NCBI GenBank assembly: GCA_963778555.1
Contig: CAVZUR010000005.1
Span: forward strand, 161,756-225,755
Reading direction: 5' to 3'
DNA length: 64,000 nt
Source: Candidatus Moraniibacteriota bacterium
Lineage (GTDB): Bacteria > Patescibacteriota > Minisyncoccia > Moranbacterales > UBA1568
The notes beneath the pieces were generated by a model. That model had not been told where the DNA came from and did no database searches. It saw nothing but the letters and a program-made list of their open reading frames with translations. Shown here in pieces: positions 8,066-18,424 of this stretch. A program made the position numbers and the translations under genes. Within the stretch, counting starts at the first letter, position 1, and every line of letters begins with the position of its first letter.

Positions 8066-8506
8066 CTATAAGTCCAGTCGGCGGGTGGGGCGGGCGACGG
8101 CGCTTGGATCAGTTTTCCAGACATCTGACACGTCCACATAGAGTTCGAGCTCATTGCCGTCCGGGTCGAGGATATAGAGGCTGTGTGTCACGGTGTGATC
8201 GGTCTGGCCGATGATGGTGACGTTGGCGGCTACTAATTCAGCCTTAGCCTGGCGGAGTTCGTCGTCCGTGTTTCCGATTTTGAAGCCGACGTGGTAGAGG
8301 CCTGGCTCCGGTATATGTTTGGGCCGGGGTGTGCCACCAATTTCAATGAGGAGGAGTTCATGATGGGTGCGACCGGTAGTGAACAGCGCCACGCCACGAA
8401 TTTCACTCGCTATCTCGGGAAAACCGAGCGTGTCACGGTAAAACGCTCGCGAACGCTCGAGGTTGGAGACATACAGGACGACATGGCCGAGTTCATGGAT
8501 TTTCAT
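8066..8506 (-). CDS. VOC family (glyoxalase-like) protein
   Basis: LGHVVLYV, FYRDTLG, GLYHVGF and DPDGNELEL motifs. Confidence 0.92.
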   Translation of the reverse strand: MKIHELGHVVLYVSNLERSRAFYRDTLGFPEIASEIRGVALFTTGRTHHELLLIEIGGTPRPKHIPEPGLYHVGFKIGNTDDELRQAKAELVAANVTIIGQTDHTVTHSLYILDPDGNELELYVDVSDVWKTDPSAVARPTRRLDL

Positions 8507-8644
8507 AGACTTCGATTGATGAGCAGTGTGTGCATGAGTTTAAAGGAATGGCTGTGGGAACGTTCCTAGCATAGCTGTCGTAGAGGAGATTGGGAAGTCA
8601 CACTTTTGACTTGTCAGCTTGGAATCGATACAATAGCGAACGTT

Positions 8645-9394
8645 ATGGCCAATTTCTCCCTGAAGTTCAAAAGCAAAGTCCAAGTTGCCGATGGGACCTG
8701 GGCCTTCTCATTCGAGAAGCCGGCTGATTTCGGATTTGAAGCTGGACAATATGTGGCACTCGTTCTACCACGCCTCGTCGCTCCCGACCAGCGCGGACCG
8801 GTGCGCTCGCTTTCGATCTGTTCTGCGCCATGCGAAGGGGACCTGATGTTCGCGGTCCGTATCACGGAGAGTGGGTACAAGCAGTCGCTCATGGCGCTCG
8901 AATCGGGCGAGGTGGCCCAAGCGACAAAGCCGATTGGACACTTCACGCTGTCGTACGCCGCCGATGGCCAACGCATGGTCTTTCTCGCCGGCGGTATCGG
9001 CGTCACGCCCGTTCGAAGCATTCTCGTCCAGTCAGTACATGACGCAGTGGAGCGCCCTTTCACTTGTTTCTATTCCAACCGGCTGCTGAAAGACGCAGCC
9101 TTTCATCAAGAGCTGCAGACGCTCATGTTGTCGGACTATCGCTATGTGACGACGTTTTCCCAGGAAACCCTGCCATGCGCCGGGGCGAACGAAGAACGCG
9201 GCTATATCTGTGAAGACATGCTGCGGAAATACGTGCCAGCCGAGGAGATTGCAACGAGTTGGTACTATCTCGTTGGCGCGCCGGCGTTCATCAAGGCGAT
9301 GGAAACCATGCTCCAATCGATGGGTGTGACGAAAGAGCGCTGCGTGAACGATCCTTTTACTGGACTCGCATCAGCGAATCAGACCGCGAAATAA
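8645..9394 (+). CDS. Ferredoxin-NADP reductase-like FAD/NAD(P)-binding oxidoreductase
   Basis: FEAGQY, RSLSICS, AGGIGVTP and FYSNR motifs. Confidence 0.9.
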   Translation: MANFSLKFKSKVQVADGTWAFSFEKPADFGFEAGQYVALVLPRLVAPDQRGPVRSLSICSAPCEGDLMFAVRITESGYKQSLMALESGEVAQATKPIGHFTLSYAADGQRMVFLAGGIGVTPVRSILVQSVHDAVERPFTCFYSNRLLKDAAFHQELQTLMLSDYRYVTTFSQETLPCAGANEERGYICEDMLRKYVPAEEIATSWYYLVGAPAFIKAMETMLQSMGVTKERCVNDPFTGLASANQTAK

Positions 9395-9402
9395 AACCAC
9401 CT

Positions 9403-9476
9403 GCGAGAGTAGTACAATGGTAGTACGCTAGCCTTCCAAGCTAGATACGCGGGTTCGATTCCCGTCTCTCGCTCCA
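9403..9476 (+). tRNA. tRNA-Gly(TCC)
   Basis: GCGAGAG acceptor stem, CTAGC-CT-TCC-AA-GCTAG, encoded CCA. Confidence 0.96.
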
Positions 9477-9527
9477 AGTGCCTCACTCGAGGCTTTTTTG
9501 TTTCCGCGCTATACTGGTGGGACTCAT

Positions 9528-10784
9528 ATGCTTTCCTTTCGTCGCAATCTGGACCGGGGTGAACAGCGATTTCTTTCTGCACAGGCTGTCATGGCCGCAC
9601 TTGTCATAGTCTTTGCGCTGGGTGGAACGTATCTTTTTATGCGGTCAAAACCGGCACCGAGTGTCGAACCGACCATCGATCTCCAGCCATTGTCTGAGTG
9701 GGTTGATCCGGAAGCGGTCTGGGATGAATACGCTGAAGAGTCGGAGCAGCCGATCGAGAACTTGCTCGAGTTCCCTCCTTTGCCGCCTCCGCCTCCGCCT
9801 TCAATGCAACGGATGAAGCAACAAGGCTGCGTGGCGGATGGATTCCTTTCGGGCTACGGCGATGACATCAATAGCTCGATTGCGTTGGTGAATCGTTCGG
9901 CATGTTCATACCTGCATCGCGCGCTTGAGACGTGGCTTTCGCCGCCGGACTTCAAACTGGCGCGCAAAATTGTCTCCAAGATCGAACGGAAAGATATTGT
10001 GTACGGCATGTTCATCGCGGAGGCCATCGCGACGAATAAAGACTACTATTTTCCGGCCGAGGAGCGCGAGTTCGAGTTCAAGGAGATGTGTCGGAATGGC
10101 ACAAAGAACGACTGGGGAGAGCATACGTGCAAGCCGTCGTTCGAGCGTGAAGAGTACCGAAAATACCTGAAGTACATCACTGAGCGAGCGATGGATATGG
10201 GCATCCAGAGCTTTCTTTTCGGCCAGATATTTTACCAGGAGAAGAGCGACCTTTCGCAGGCGATTATTCCGGACATCATCCGCGGGATGCGTGAGTATGC
10301 CGAATTCCGGGGAATGGAGATCGTAGTTGGAGCGCAGACGAACGATATCGTCGATCCGACCTATCTCTCATACTTCGATTTTATTGAGGGCGGAGTAGGC
10401 ATCGATAGCGCGGGCGAGGTCCAAGACAATCCTTGCCATAGCCGCTGGTGGCAGGAGCCGGGGGATTGGTGCTGGGCGCTCCTCTGGCATCCGAATTACA
10501 AGAACCAGGCGAAAAATGTTTTTGTCCATTTCGACTGGAGCGGAAAAATCGGCGACGACATGAGCGTCTTTACTCGCATGAGCAAGGGGCGGCGTGCCGA
10601 AACGATGCGTCAGCTCCATGCTTCCTTTAAGCGTCAGAACGTCGGATTCCTCTTGCCCTTGATGGCGACGCTGCATCGCGAGAACAATGGCTGCTATGGC
10701 CCCAAGAAACGCTATTATTCCGCCCACCGTAAGTACACCTGTCAGGACGAGGATACGATCAATGAAATCCTCAGAAAAAAATAG
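9528..10784 (+). CDS. Membrane-anchored extracellular hypothetical protein
   Basis: Long ORF with N-terminal TM, poly-Pro linker and Cys/Trp-rich globular domain. Confidence 0.8.
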   Translation: MLSFRRNLDRGEQRFLSAQAVMAALVIVFALGGTYLFMRSKPAPSVEPTIDLQPLSEWVDPEAVWDEYAEESEQPIENLLEFPPLPPPPPPSMQRMKQQGCVADGFLSGYGDDINSSIALVNRSACSYLHRALETWLSPPDFKLARKIVSKIERKDIVYGMFIAEAIATNKDYYFPAEEREFEFKEMCRNGTKNDWGEHTCKPSFEREEYRKYLKYITERAMDMGIQSFLFGQIFYQEKSDLSQAIIPDIIRGMREYAEFRGMEIVVGAQTNDIVDPTYLSYFDFIEGGVGIDSAGEVQDNPCHSRWWQEPGDWCWALLWHPNYKNQAKNVFVHFDWSGKIGDDMSVFTRMSKGRRAETMRQLHASFKRQNVGFLLPLMATLHRENNGCYGPKKRYYSAHRKYTCQDEDTINEILRKK

Positions 10785-10817
10785 GGCGTCAGGCGCCTTC
10801 CCTGGTATACTAGTGGC

Positions 10818-11174
10818 ATGAGAGAAGAGTTCCCAACGAAGCGTTTTCAGCGACACGCGGAGGATTTTTCTTGCGCGCATTGCGGTGCCGAGATTTCGGG
10901 AGAGGGATATACCAACCATTGCCCGCACTGTCTCTATAGCCAGCACGTCGACATTCATCCGGGCGATCGGGCGGCTGAATGCGGCGGTTTGATGGAACCC
11001 ATCGGCATCGAGCCCTTTGGCCAGAGCTGGAAGATTCTTCATCGTTGCCTGAAATGTCGTCACGAACGGAAAAATAAGGTCGGAAAATCCGATGATTTCG
11101 AAGCGGTACTTCTCCTCCAACAAAAAGCCAACAAAAAGCGTTTCTATGCAGTGGAAAAAAATGGCTCTGCCTGA
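10818..11174 (+). CDS. RNHCP domain protein
   Basis: F.CAHCG, TNHCPHCLYSQHVD, PGDR...CGGLMEP and HRCLKC motifs. Confidence 0.9.
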   Translation: MREEFPTKRFQRHAEDFSCAHCGAEISGEGYTNHCPHCLYSQHVDIHPGDRAAECGGLMEPIGIEPFGQSWKILHRCLKCRHERKNKVGKSDDFEAVLLLQQKANKKRFYAVEKNGSA

Positions 11175-13682
11175 GGCGGAGGACATCATACTGGAACTTC
11201 AATCAAGGAAAAGTGGCTTGTCTCAGGCGGAGGTCCGTGAGCGGCTCTTGGAGTATGGCCCGAACAGTATTGCGGAAGAAAAATCCCCTTGGCCGGAGCT
11301 GATCCGGCGCCGTTTCCGGTCTTCCTTTATGTACCTGCTATTGGCTGCTGCCGTGCTTTCGTTTGTTCTGGGCGAGCGGCTTGAAGCGCTCCTCATCTTC
11401 CTTTTTGTACTGATCAATGTGCTGCTCGAGAGCTACCAGGAATATCACTCCGAGCGGAGCCTCAGGCTGCTTCAGAAATATCTCGTCACACATGTCAAAG
11501 TCCGTCGGGCAGGCGAGGCTATGACGGTAGAAAGCGAGCAGGTCGTACCGGGCGATATCGTGCTCGTCGAGGCCGGTGATCGGCTTGCGGCGGATATGCG
11601 CTTTATCGCTTCAACGTCGATTGGAATCGATGAAAGCGCCATCTCCGGCGAGTCGTTGCCAATTTCGAAGCATCATGGACCGCTTTCTTTTCCGAAATTT
11701 GAAATGGTCGAAGCGGCTAATATCGGTTTCGCCGGGACGGTCGTCGTCTCTGGCCAAGGCGAAGGTATCGTTATCGCGACGGGCAAAGCCTCGTCACTCG
11801 GCGACATCGCCGGATTGGCCGAGGAACCGCGTCATGAGACGACGTTTGAGAAAAGCATCAATCATTTTAGCCGTTTCATCCTCCGCTTAGTTGCTGGAAC
11901 GTTGTTCTTTATTTTTGTGGCCAACATTTTTCTCCGCCGCGGAGAGACCGATGTTACGGAACTCCTCATTTTCTCGCTCGCGCTGGCGGTCTCAGTGATT
12001 CCGGAAGCGCTTCCAGTGATCACGACCGTAACGCTTTCGCGGGGATCGCTGCGCCTCGCTCAGAAGAAAGTGGTCGTGAAGCGATTGTCGGCGATCGAGG
12101 ATTTGGGAAGTATCAGTGTACTCTGCACCGACAAGACCGGTACGCTCACCGAGAATGCGCTGGCTGTCAGCGACGTGCAGTCACCCGATCCTCAGGCCTG
12201 TCTTGAACTCGCGAGCGTCGCCTCGGTCCAGACACCGATCAGTGGGGCGCTCCTGCATGATCCTTTTGATCTCGCGATCTGGCACGCGCTTGAAGAGTCG
12301 CATAAGATTCATGTCGCGGGAGTCAATCGGATTGATGTCGTTGCCTTTCGATCCAAGTCGTCGGCGAAGCAGCGTCCTGGTCCAATGGGGACATAAAACT
12401 ACACTGGTCGTTCGGGGGGCTTTTGAAGAAATACTCATTCAGTGCACCGGGCTTTCGAACGGTGAACGCGAAGATCTCATCGAATGGGGAATTCGGGCTG
12501 GGAAAGCCGGGAAACGGGTGCTGGCCATCGCTACGCGACCGTTGCCGCGGAAAAGAAAACTGGTTCCGGAGCTTGAGCAAGAGCTTGTCTTTTCCGGCAT
12601 GATTGCCTTTCTCGATCCTTTAAAAAAATCCGCAGAGAAAACAATCGCTGATGCTCGCTCATTGGGAATAGCGGTGAAGATCATCACGGGTGATGGCCGG
12701 CATGTAGCGGGAGCGGTAGCGAAGGCCGTCGGCTTGATCGAGAACCCGGACGAAGTCATCACAGGCGCCGAGCTCGAAGCCTTGCCAGAAGCAGAGCGGC
12801 GAGAACGCGTCGAGAGCTGCCACGTATTCGCTCGAGTGTCGCCGCAGGAGAAGTATTTGATTATCAAACTCCTTCAGGAAAAGCACGAGGTCGGCTTCCT
12901 TGGTGAAGGCATCAATGACGCGCCAGCTCTGAAGCTTGCTAACGTGGGTCTCGTGGTGCAGGGTGCGGCCGATATCGCCAAGGAATCGGCGGATATCGTT
13001 TTGCTTCAACGGAATCTCGGCGCGGTCATCGATGGGGTCCGCGAGGGGAGAATCATCTTTGCGAATATCCTCAAGTATCTCCGTATCACGCTGACATCGA
13101 ATTTCGGTAACTTCTATTCTGTAGCGCTTGCTTCTCTGTTCTTGCCGTTCGTTCCACTCTTGCCGATTCAGATCCTGCTCCTCAATCTGCTTTCGGACTT
13201 CCCCATGATCGCCGTCGCGACGGACAATGTTGACCCGGTGGAACTCGAGCGACCACGTTCCTATCGGATAGGATCAATCGTGCTGATGACTGTCTTTTTC
13301 GGTTTTGTGAGTTCGCTCTTCGACTTCGCGCTCTTCGGGCTGTTCTACAAAGAAGGGCCGGCCGCGCTCCAAACCGCCTGGTTTATACTTTCACTTGTCA
13401 CCGAGATTATCCTCATCTTCTCGCTTCGGACGAATTTCTTTTTCCTGAAGACGCGCCGTCCTTCCTGGTCGCTCATCGGACTGTCTGCAGCAGCGCTTAT
13501 CCTGGGGCTGTTCATTCTCCGTTCCAGTCGTCGGGAGCGAAGTCTTCCATTTTGCCCCGGATAATAGCTACATCCTCGGAGTCGTAGCTGGCCTCTCTCT
13601 CTTATATTTCGTTGCGACGGAGACTGTTAAGCATTACTATACTCGGCGTTTCGAGGCCAAAATCCCGTTCTTGAGCGTATGA
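11161..13682 (+). CDS. P-type cation ATPase (MgtA-like), frameshifts near 12345 and 13520
   Basis: PEAL, DKTGTLT, ITGD and GEGINDAPAL motifs across two ORFs; tail ends at TGA 13680-13682. Confidence 0.9.
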
Positions 13683-14230
13683 CGCTGCTCCGACAGCTTC
13701 TCGGGAAGCGCTGGTATCAGGGGGTGATGCTCCTGCTACTCGGTGCGACGCTCCTGTATCAGAAAGAAGCGGGATGGCTGCCTGAATGGAAAGCGCCTGG
13801 CTCGGTCGGATCCACACCGGCCGTCGAAGAAGAACCGATACTCGTGACACGGGTCATCGATGGCGATACGTTCGAGATTGAGGGTGGAGAAAAAGTCCGG
13901 CTCATCGGCATCGATACGCCGGAAACCGTGAAGCCTCATGCCGCGGTCGAGTGTTTTGGACGAGAATCCAGTGAGTATTTGAAACAGCTGATCGAGGGTA
14001 AGCGGGTGCGTTTAGAGCGCGATCAGACCGATCGCGACCGTTATGGCCGACTGCTCCGCTACGCCTATCTCGACGACCAGTTCGTGAACGAGTCGCTCGT
14101 CCGAGAAGGGTATGCGGCAGCGGTCAGCTATCGCCCCGATACGCAAAAACAGGCGTTGCTAGACTCCGCCGAGAATGAGGCGATGAGTGAGAAGCGGGGG
14201 CGCTTTGCAACAGGCGTCTGTCCGAAGTAG
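13679..14230 (+). CDS. Thermonuclease (SNase-like), membrane-anchored
   Basis: VIDGDT, VRLIGIDTPE, DRYGRLLRY and LVREGYA motifs. Confidence 0.93.
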   Translation: MTLLRQLLGKRWYQGVMLLLLGATLLYQKEAGWLPEWKAPGSVGSTPAVEEEPILVTRVIDGDTFEIEGGEKVRLIGIDTPETVKPHAAVECFGRESSEYLKQLIEGKRVRLERDQTDRDRYGRLLRYAYLDDQFVNESLVREGYAAAVSYRPDTQKQALLDSAENEAMSEKRGRFATGVCPK

Positions 14231-14293
14231 CAGTATTATAAGGTCCGTTTGCTCAAGTGTTCTTTATCGTCATACCACACAGTTGTTTTGAGA

Positions 14294-14572
14294 CTAGAGA
14301 GTGCGGCGGAGCTCTTCCTCAACTTTTTTCAAATTCTCATCCGAGAAATGGTCCGGTGCATTCTCGTTCAGATTTTCGACGAGCTGGTTGATCTCGTCGT
14401 CTGTGATGCCGCGCTGCACCCCGTCCTCATTGAGAGCAGCATCGAGAACGGCACGGACATAACGGATATCGTCTTCAGATAGCCCGCGATCACGGAGCCG
14501 TGGAATGACTGCGGTGCGGAACTCTTCCTTGGTCACGCGCTTTCCATCCGCACCACCGAACAGCCAGAACAT
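14294..14572 (-). CDS. Hypothetical protein
   Basis: 92-aa ORF directly downstream of thrS with protein-like composition. Confidence 0.7.
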   Translation of the reverse strand: MFWLFGGADGKRVTKEEFRTAVIPRLRDRGLSEDDIRYVRAVLDAALNEDGVQRGITDDEINQLVENLNENAPDHFSDENLKKVEEELRRTL

Positions 14573-14582
14573 AGTCGGAAGT

Positions 14583-15833
14583 TTATTGTTTCAAGGCGAT
14601 TTCCTGCGCCAGTCGAGCAATGAAATCCATGATTGAAAGCGTGCCGATTTTCCCCAGGGTTCGATGCTCTACGCCAACCGTCTGGGCGGCAACTTCCTGA
14701 TCACCGACGACGACGAAATACGGGAGTTTTTCAATTTTTGCGGTCCGAACTTTTTTGCCGAGAGACTCGTCGCTGTGGTCGAGTTCGGCGCGAATGCCTG
14801 CTTTCACAAGTTCCGCCATGATACCCTCGGCGTAGGCTACATGTTTTTCCCCGATGGGCAGTACTTTCACTTGGACCGGCGCCAGCCAGAGCGGGAATGC
14901 GCCGCGGTAGTGTTCGATGAGGAAGGCGATGACGCGCTCAATCGCGCCGATGGAGGAGCGGTGGACTACGACGGGCCGCTTTTCAGTCCCGTCGGAAGCG
15001 ATGTAGGTCAGATTAAATCGGTCCGGCATGCAGAAATCGTACTGGACGGTAAAAGCGGTATTTTCTTTGCCACGCGCGTCGACCATCTGGATATCGATCT
15101 TCGGTCCGTAGAAGGCAGCCTCGCCCGGCGCTTCAACGAAGTTCCCTTTTCGCTTGGCGAGGACTTCGCGAAGCATTGCCTCGCCCTCATCCCAAGCGAC
15201 ATCATCCTTATAGTACTTCTTGTCGTCTTGCCGGTCTCCGAGCGAGAGGCGATAGGAATAGTGTTCTCCCAATGTGAGGCCAAAGATAGTCGCGATATGC
15301 TCGATGAGGTCGAGTGCTCGGCCGACTTCCTCCGCCGCTTGATTCCGGTCAGCACAGATGATATGGGCATCCGCAAGGCAGAAACTTCGCACTCGGACGA
15401 GGCCGGACAGTTCGCCGGAGCCTTCATAGCGGTACAGTTTGGCCAGTTCGGCAATGCGCATCGGGAGCTCGCGATAGCTATGCGGTCGATCGGCATACAG
15501 CTGGAAGTGATGCGGGCAGGTCATCGGCCGCAGCATGAATTCATGCTCGTCGATCGTGATTGGTGCGTACATCGAGTCTTGGTAGTACGGATAGTGGCCG
15601 GAGGTCTTGTACAAATCGAGTTTGGCGATGTCAGGAGTGTAGACATGGGTGTAGCCCCAGGCAATCTCGGTATCGACGATGAAGCGCTCGAGGATGCGGC
15701 GGATGGTTGCACCCTTGGGGAGCCAGAGCGGGAGCCCGGAACCAACGAGGTCAGAAAACGTAAACAGCCCGAGTTCTTGGCCCAAGCGGCGATGATCGAA
15801 TTCAGCGAGTTCGGACGGAGCTTTTTCTTCCAT
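14583..15833 (-). CDS. thrS: Threonine--tRNA ligase, short form lacking TGS and editing domains
   Basis: DHRRLG, PMTCPHH, YRYE.SGELSGL.RVR, AFYGPKID and VHRS.IG..ER motifs, anticodon-binding domain. Confidence 0.96.
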   Translation of the reverse strand: MEEKAPSELAEFDHRRLGQELGLFTFSDLVGSGLPLWLPKGATIRRILERFIVDTEIAWGYTHVYTPDIAKLDLYKTSGHYPYYQDSMYAPITIDEHEFMLRPMTCPHHFQLYADRPHSYRELPMRIAELAKLYRYEGSGELSGLVRVRSFCLADAHIICADRNQAAEEVGRALDLIEHIATIFGLTLGEHYSYRLSLGDRQDDKKYYKDDVAWDEGEAMLREVLAKRKGNFVEAPGEAAFYGPKIDIQMVDARGKENTAFTVQYDFCMPDRFNLTYIASDGTEKRPVVVHRSSIGAIERVIAFLIEHYRGAFPLWLAPVQVKVLPIGEKHVAYAEGIMAELVKAGIRAELDHSDESLGKKVRTAKIEKLPYFVVVGDQEVAAQTVGVEHRTLGKIGTLSIMDFIARLAQEIALKQ

Positions 15834-15926
15834 ACGCTTCAGTATATCGGTATTTGGGCTCTCGGCAAGAGAAAGGAAAGGCCTCTCAGGTAAGATTTCA
15901 CGATGTGCTACTCTGCACTAGAAACA

Positions 15927-16050
15927 TTGACTTTCGGCTAGAGAGAGACTACAGTGGGGATGTTCGCTGTCTTCATGGTTGTCTCCTCCTAGGTGTCCGA
16001 GCGACATCTTTCCAGCGCCGTTTCCCATCGTGGTGACGGCGTTCTTTCTT
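15927..16050 (+). ncRNA. Candidate small RNA of about 90 nt with its own promoter and terminator
   Basis: TTGACT-17-TACAGT at 15927-15955; hairpin 15959-16008; terminator GCGCCGT/ACGGCGT followed by TCTTTCTT. Confidence 0.5.
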
Positions 16051-16063
16051 CATTCATTCTCGG

Positions 16064-17472
16064 CTATTTGCGCTCCTCGACTTCTTGGAAGGAGAGGACG
16101 AGATCTTTCTTCAGATCGACGGACTGAGTGACGACAGTGCCGTTCTTCCGCTTGATGGTGATCGTGACCGGAGTCGTGCCGACACCAGATTGCTTCTGAA
16201 GCATGAGCTGGTATCCTTCCTCCTTGATAGTATCTGGCAGCTCGTACTTGATCATGCCAGGCGTCTCGTGGTTCATGACCGCATCGACGAAGACTCCGAA
16301 ATACGTCTTGTTGAATGCCTCATCCGTCAGAGGATAACTCACGAGCTGGCGCTCCAGAAGTTTCGATCCTTTGGGGACATAGGCGCGCAGGTACGTGTGA
16401 TAGTCGCTCGTCCGCCAGTCGCCGTAGGTCGCGCGATGTTTGTAGGTATGTGTTAGCGTGGCGATCGGTCTTTCTCCCGTGAAGTCCACCTCGTAGTTGA
16501 CGGAGCGGTCGATAAAAAAATCACTTTTAAGTGCCCCGAGGTTGGCGTCAACGAGCATGAGATAGTCGTTGTTCCAGTCAGTGTTGACGGTGCCGTCCCA
16601 CTTCACACCAGCGACAATTTGCTGGAGAGTTTCATCCTTGAAATAGAGCATGATGTTCCGTTCCCCCAGCTCCCGATGGGCAAACTCGATCATTTTCGGA
16701 ATGTTCTCGACTGTGGCGAGGCGCTTCACCATTTCGACGGCAAGGACTTTCATGATGGCTTTGCGATTCTGTTTCAACTCAGCCGCGACATCATCGCCGA
16801 GGTAGGCCTTTTCGACCACTTCTTCGAGTTTCAGTGCGCCGTCTTCGGCACGAAAAGTCGTGGAGTATCCGGGGGCGTAATCGGACCGGTGATCGCGAGC
16901 GCATGATCCAAGACATTGGCATTGATCGCAATGACGCCATCAAATTTCTGGCCGCCGCCGGCGAGCCGATAGAAATACTCGGCCTTGGCCGCGTTCGTCG
17001 GGAAGTCCGGCGAGAAATTCGAATCGCGCATTTTCCAGCGCTTCAGTTGAAGCTTTCTGGTGAGGGGATACGGCGGGGTAATCTTCACCAGGATGCGCTG
17101 GTCGAGGAGATTCGCGTCCTCAACGAAGGTCGACAGGACCTGGCCATCCTTCACCTTGACAATCGCGTACTGCCCCAGAAATCCGCCGCCGGGACGGAGC
17201 TCGTAGTTATTCTGGAGCAACACCAGGTACGTGCGTTGGACGCCATCTTTCTTGAGGAGCGTCTCGGCCAACTGATTAACAGCCTCGATCTCCTTTTTCG
17301 TATCGGCTTCGAGCGGAAGCAATTTCGATACCTTGGTCACAAGCGAAAGCGAGCCGAGAGCGAATTCCTGCTTATGACCTTTGACAAAGTAGGTCAGAAC
17401 GCCGCCGCCCACGAGGATAAGAATGAGAAACAGCGCAACAAAAAAACGTTTTCGAGTAAACCAGGTTGGCAT
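16064..17472 (-). CDS. DUF4012-like membrane-anchored protein, frameshift near 16850
   Basis: LLQNNYELRPGGGF, RDSNFSPDFP, DANLGALKSD, YLRAYVP and QKQSG motifs split over two ORFs. Confidence 0.82.
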
Positions 17473-17613
17473 GATACGGAGTGAAAAATTTTATGTACTC
17501 CACCATGATACCAAGAAGCCGAGACTTTGACGAACGCTTGATTTGGTACGCTCCTTGGGCTATAAATGGAGGGCATCGGACGTCGGTCTCGTGCGAATCA
17601 GATGAAGAAACGG

Positions 17614-17707
17614 GCGGGTATAGTATAGTGGTAATACCTGCCTGCCGATGGGCAGGCGTGACCTTTCAAAATCCGAGTCGGTTAAGCGACGGGTTCCCCT
17701 GCCCGCA
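17614..17707 (+). pseudogene. Decayed tRNA-Gly-like copy with palindromic insertion
   Basis: GCGGGTA/TGCCCGC acceptor, intact D arm, GCCTGCC-GATG-GGCAGGC insert, 9-nt insert in anticodon loop, T loop deleted. Confidence 0.72.
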
Positions 17708-17713
17708 GAACAT

Positions 17714-17787
17714 GCGGGATTAGTATAATGGTAGTACATGACCTTCCCAAGGTTAGGGCACGGGTTCGATTCCCGTATCCCGCTCCA
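17714..17787 (+). tRNA. tRNA-Gly(CCC)
   Basis: GCGGGAT acceptor stem, TGACC-TT-CCC-AA-GGTTA, encoded CCA. Confidence 0.96.
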
Positions 17788-17853
17788 GCATAGCCGACAG
17801 GCCTGACTGCCGGTCAGCAGAGATTCCCTCCACACATTTCTTGTTTGCCAATT

Positions 17854-18351
17854 ATGGCTCTAACTGCCGAAGAGGTTTCTCAGTGTGCCGCGCTTTTGAG
17901 CCGGCTTGAACCGGGCTTTCTTCCTGTGGAAATTTTTAACCAGTGTGCCCGATTGGCACGGTTAGTCATGATTGACGCCATTCCTATTCGCGGACAGGGA
18001 AAGGATTTTCAGGTGGGAGTTCTGAAGAGAGGAAAGCCGGAACAATGGTGGCCAGGTATGTGGCATCTTCCGGGCACGGTCTTTCGGAGCACGGATACAT
18101 TGGATGATGCCTTCCAGCGGCTTTTCAAGAACGAAATTCGCGCGGCCATATGGCAGGCTCCAATATTTCGTGATTTTTTGGTGCATCAGAGCGATCGGGG
18201 AGCGGAGCTCGTCCTCATTCATACGGTCGAAGGTTTGAGCCTAGAACCGGACTCGACGCTTCATTGGATGTTTCCATCCGATCCGCCCCAGCCGTTCATC
18301 GAAAGCGAGCAACAAGTGCTCAGCCGCTTGTATCAGCTCATGAACGTTTGA
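17854..18351 (+). CDS. NUDIX-like fold hypothetical protein
   Basis: WPGMWHLPG...DAFQRLFKNEI resembles a degenerate Nudix box. Confidence 0.65.
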   Translation: MALTAEEVSQCAALLSRLEPGFLPVEIFNQCARLARLVMIDAIPIRGQGKDFQVGVLKRGKPEQWWPGMWHLPGTVFRSTDTLDDAFQRLFKNEIRAAIWQAPIFRDFLVHQSDRGAELVLIHTVEGLSLEPDSTLHWMFPSDPPQPFIESEQQVLSRLYQLMNV

Positions 18352-18424
18352 TGGTATAAATAAGTAGGGTGTTTCCGCAATATCACAGCAACTCATTGTA
18401 ATAAATGGAGTAAACCAGGCACAT

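Noticed and set aside
17614-17707. UGA-to-Gly recoding (genetic code 25) in this genome
   Set aside because: TGA terminates intact genes (for example 6401, 32235, 41611) and the TCA-bearing tRNA copy is structurally broken
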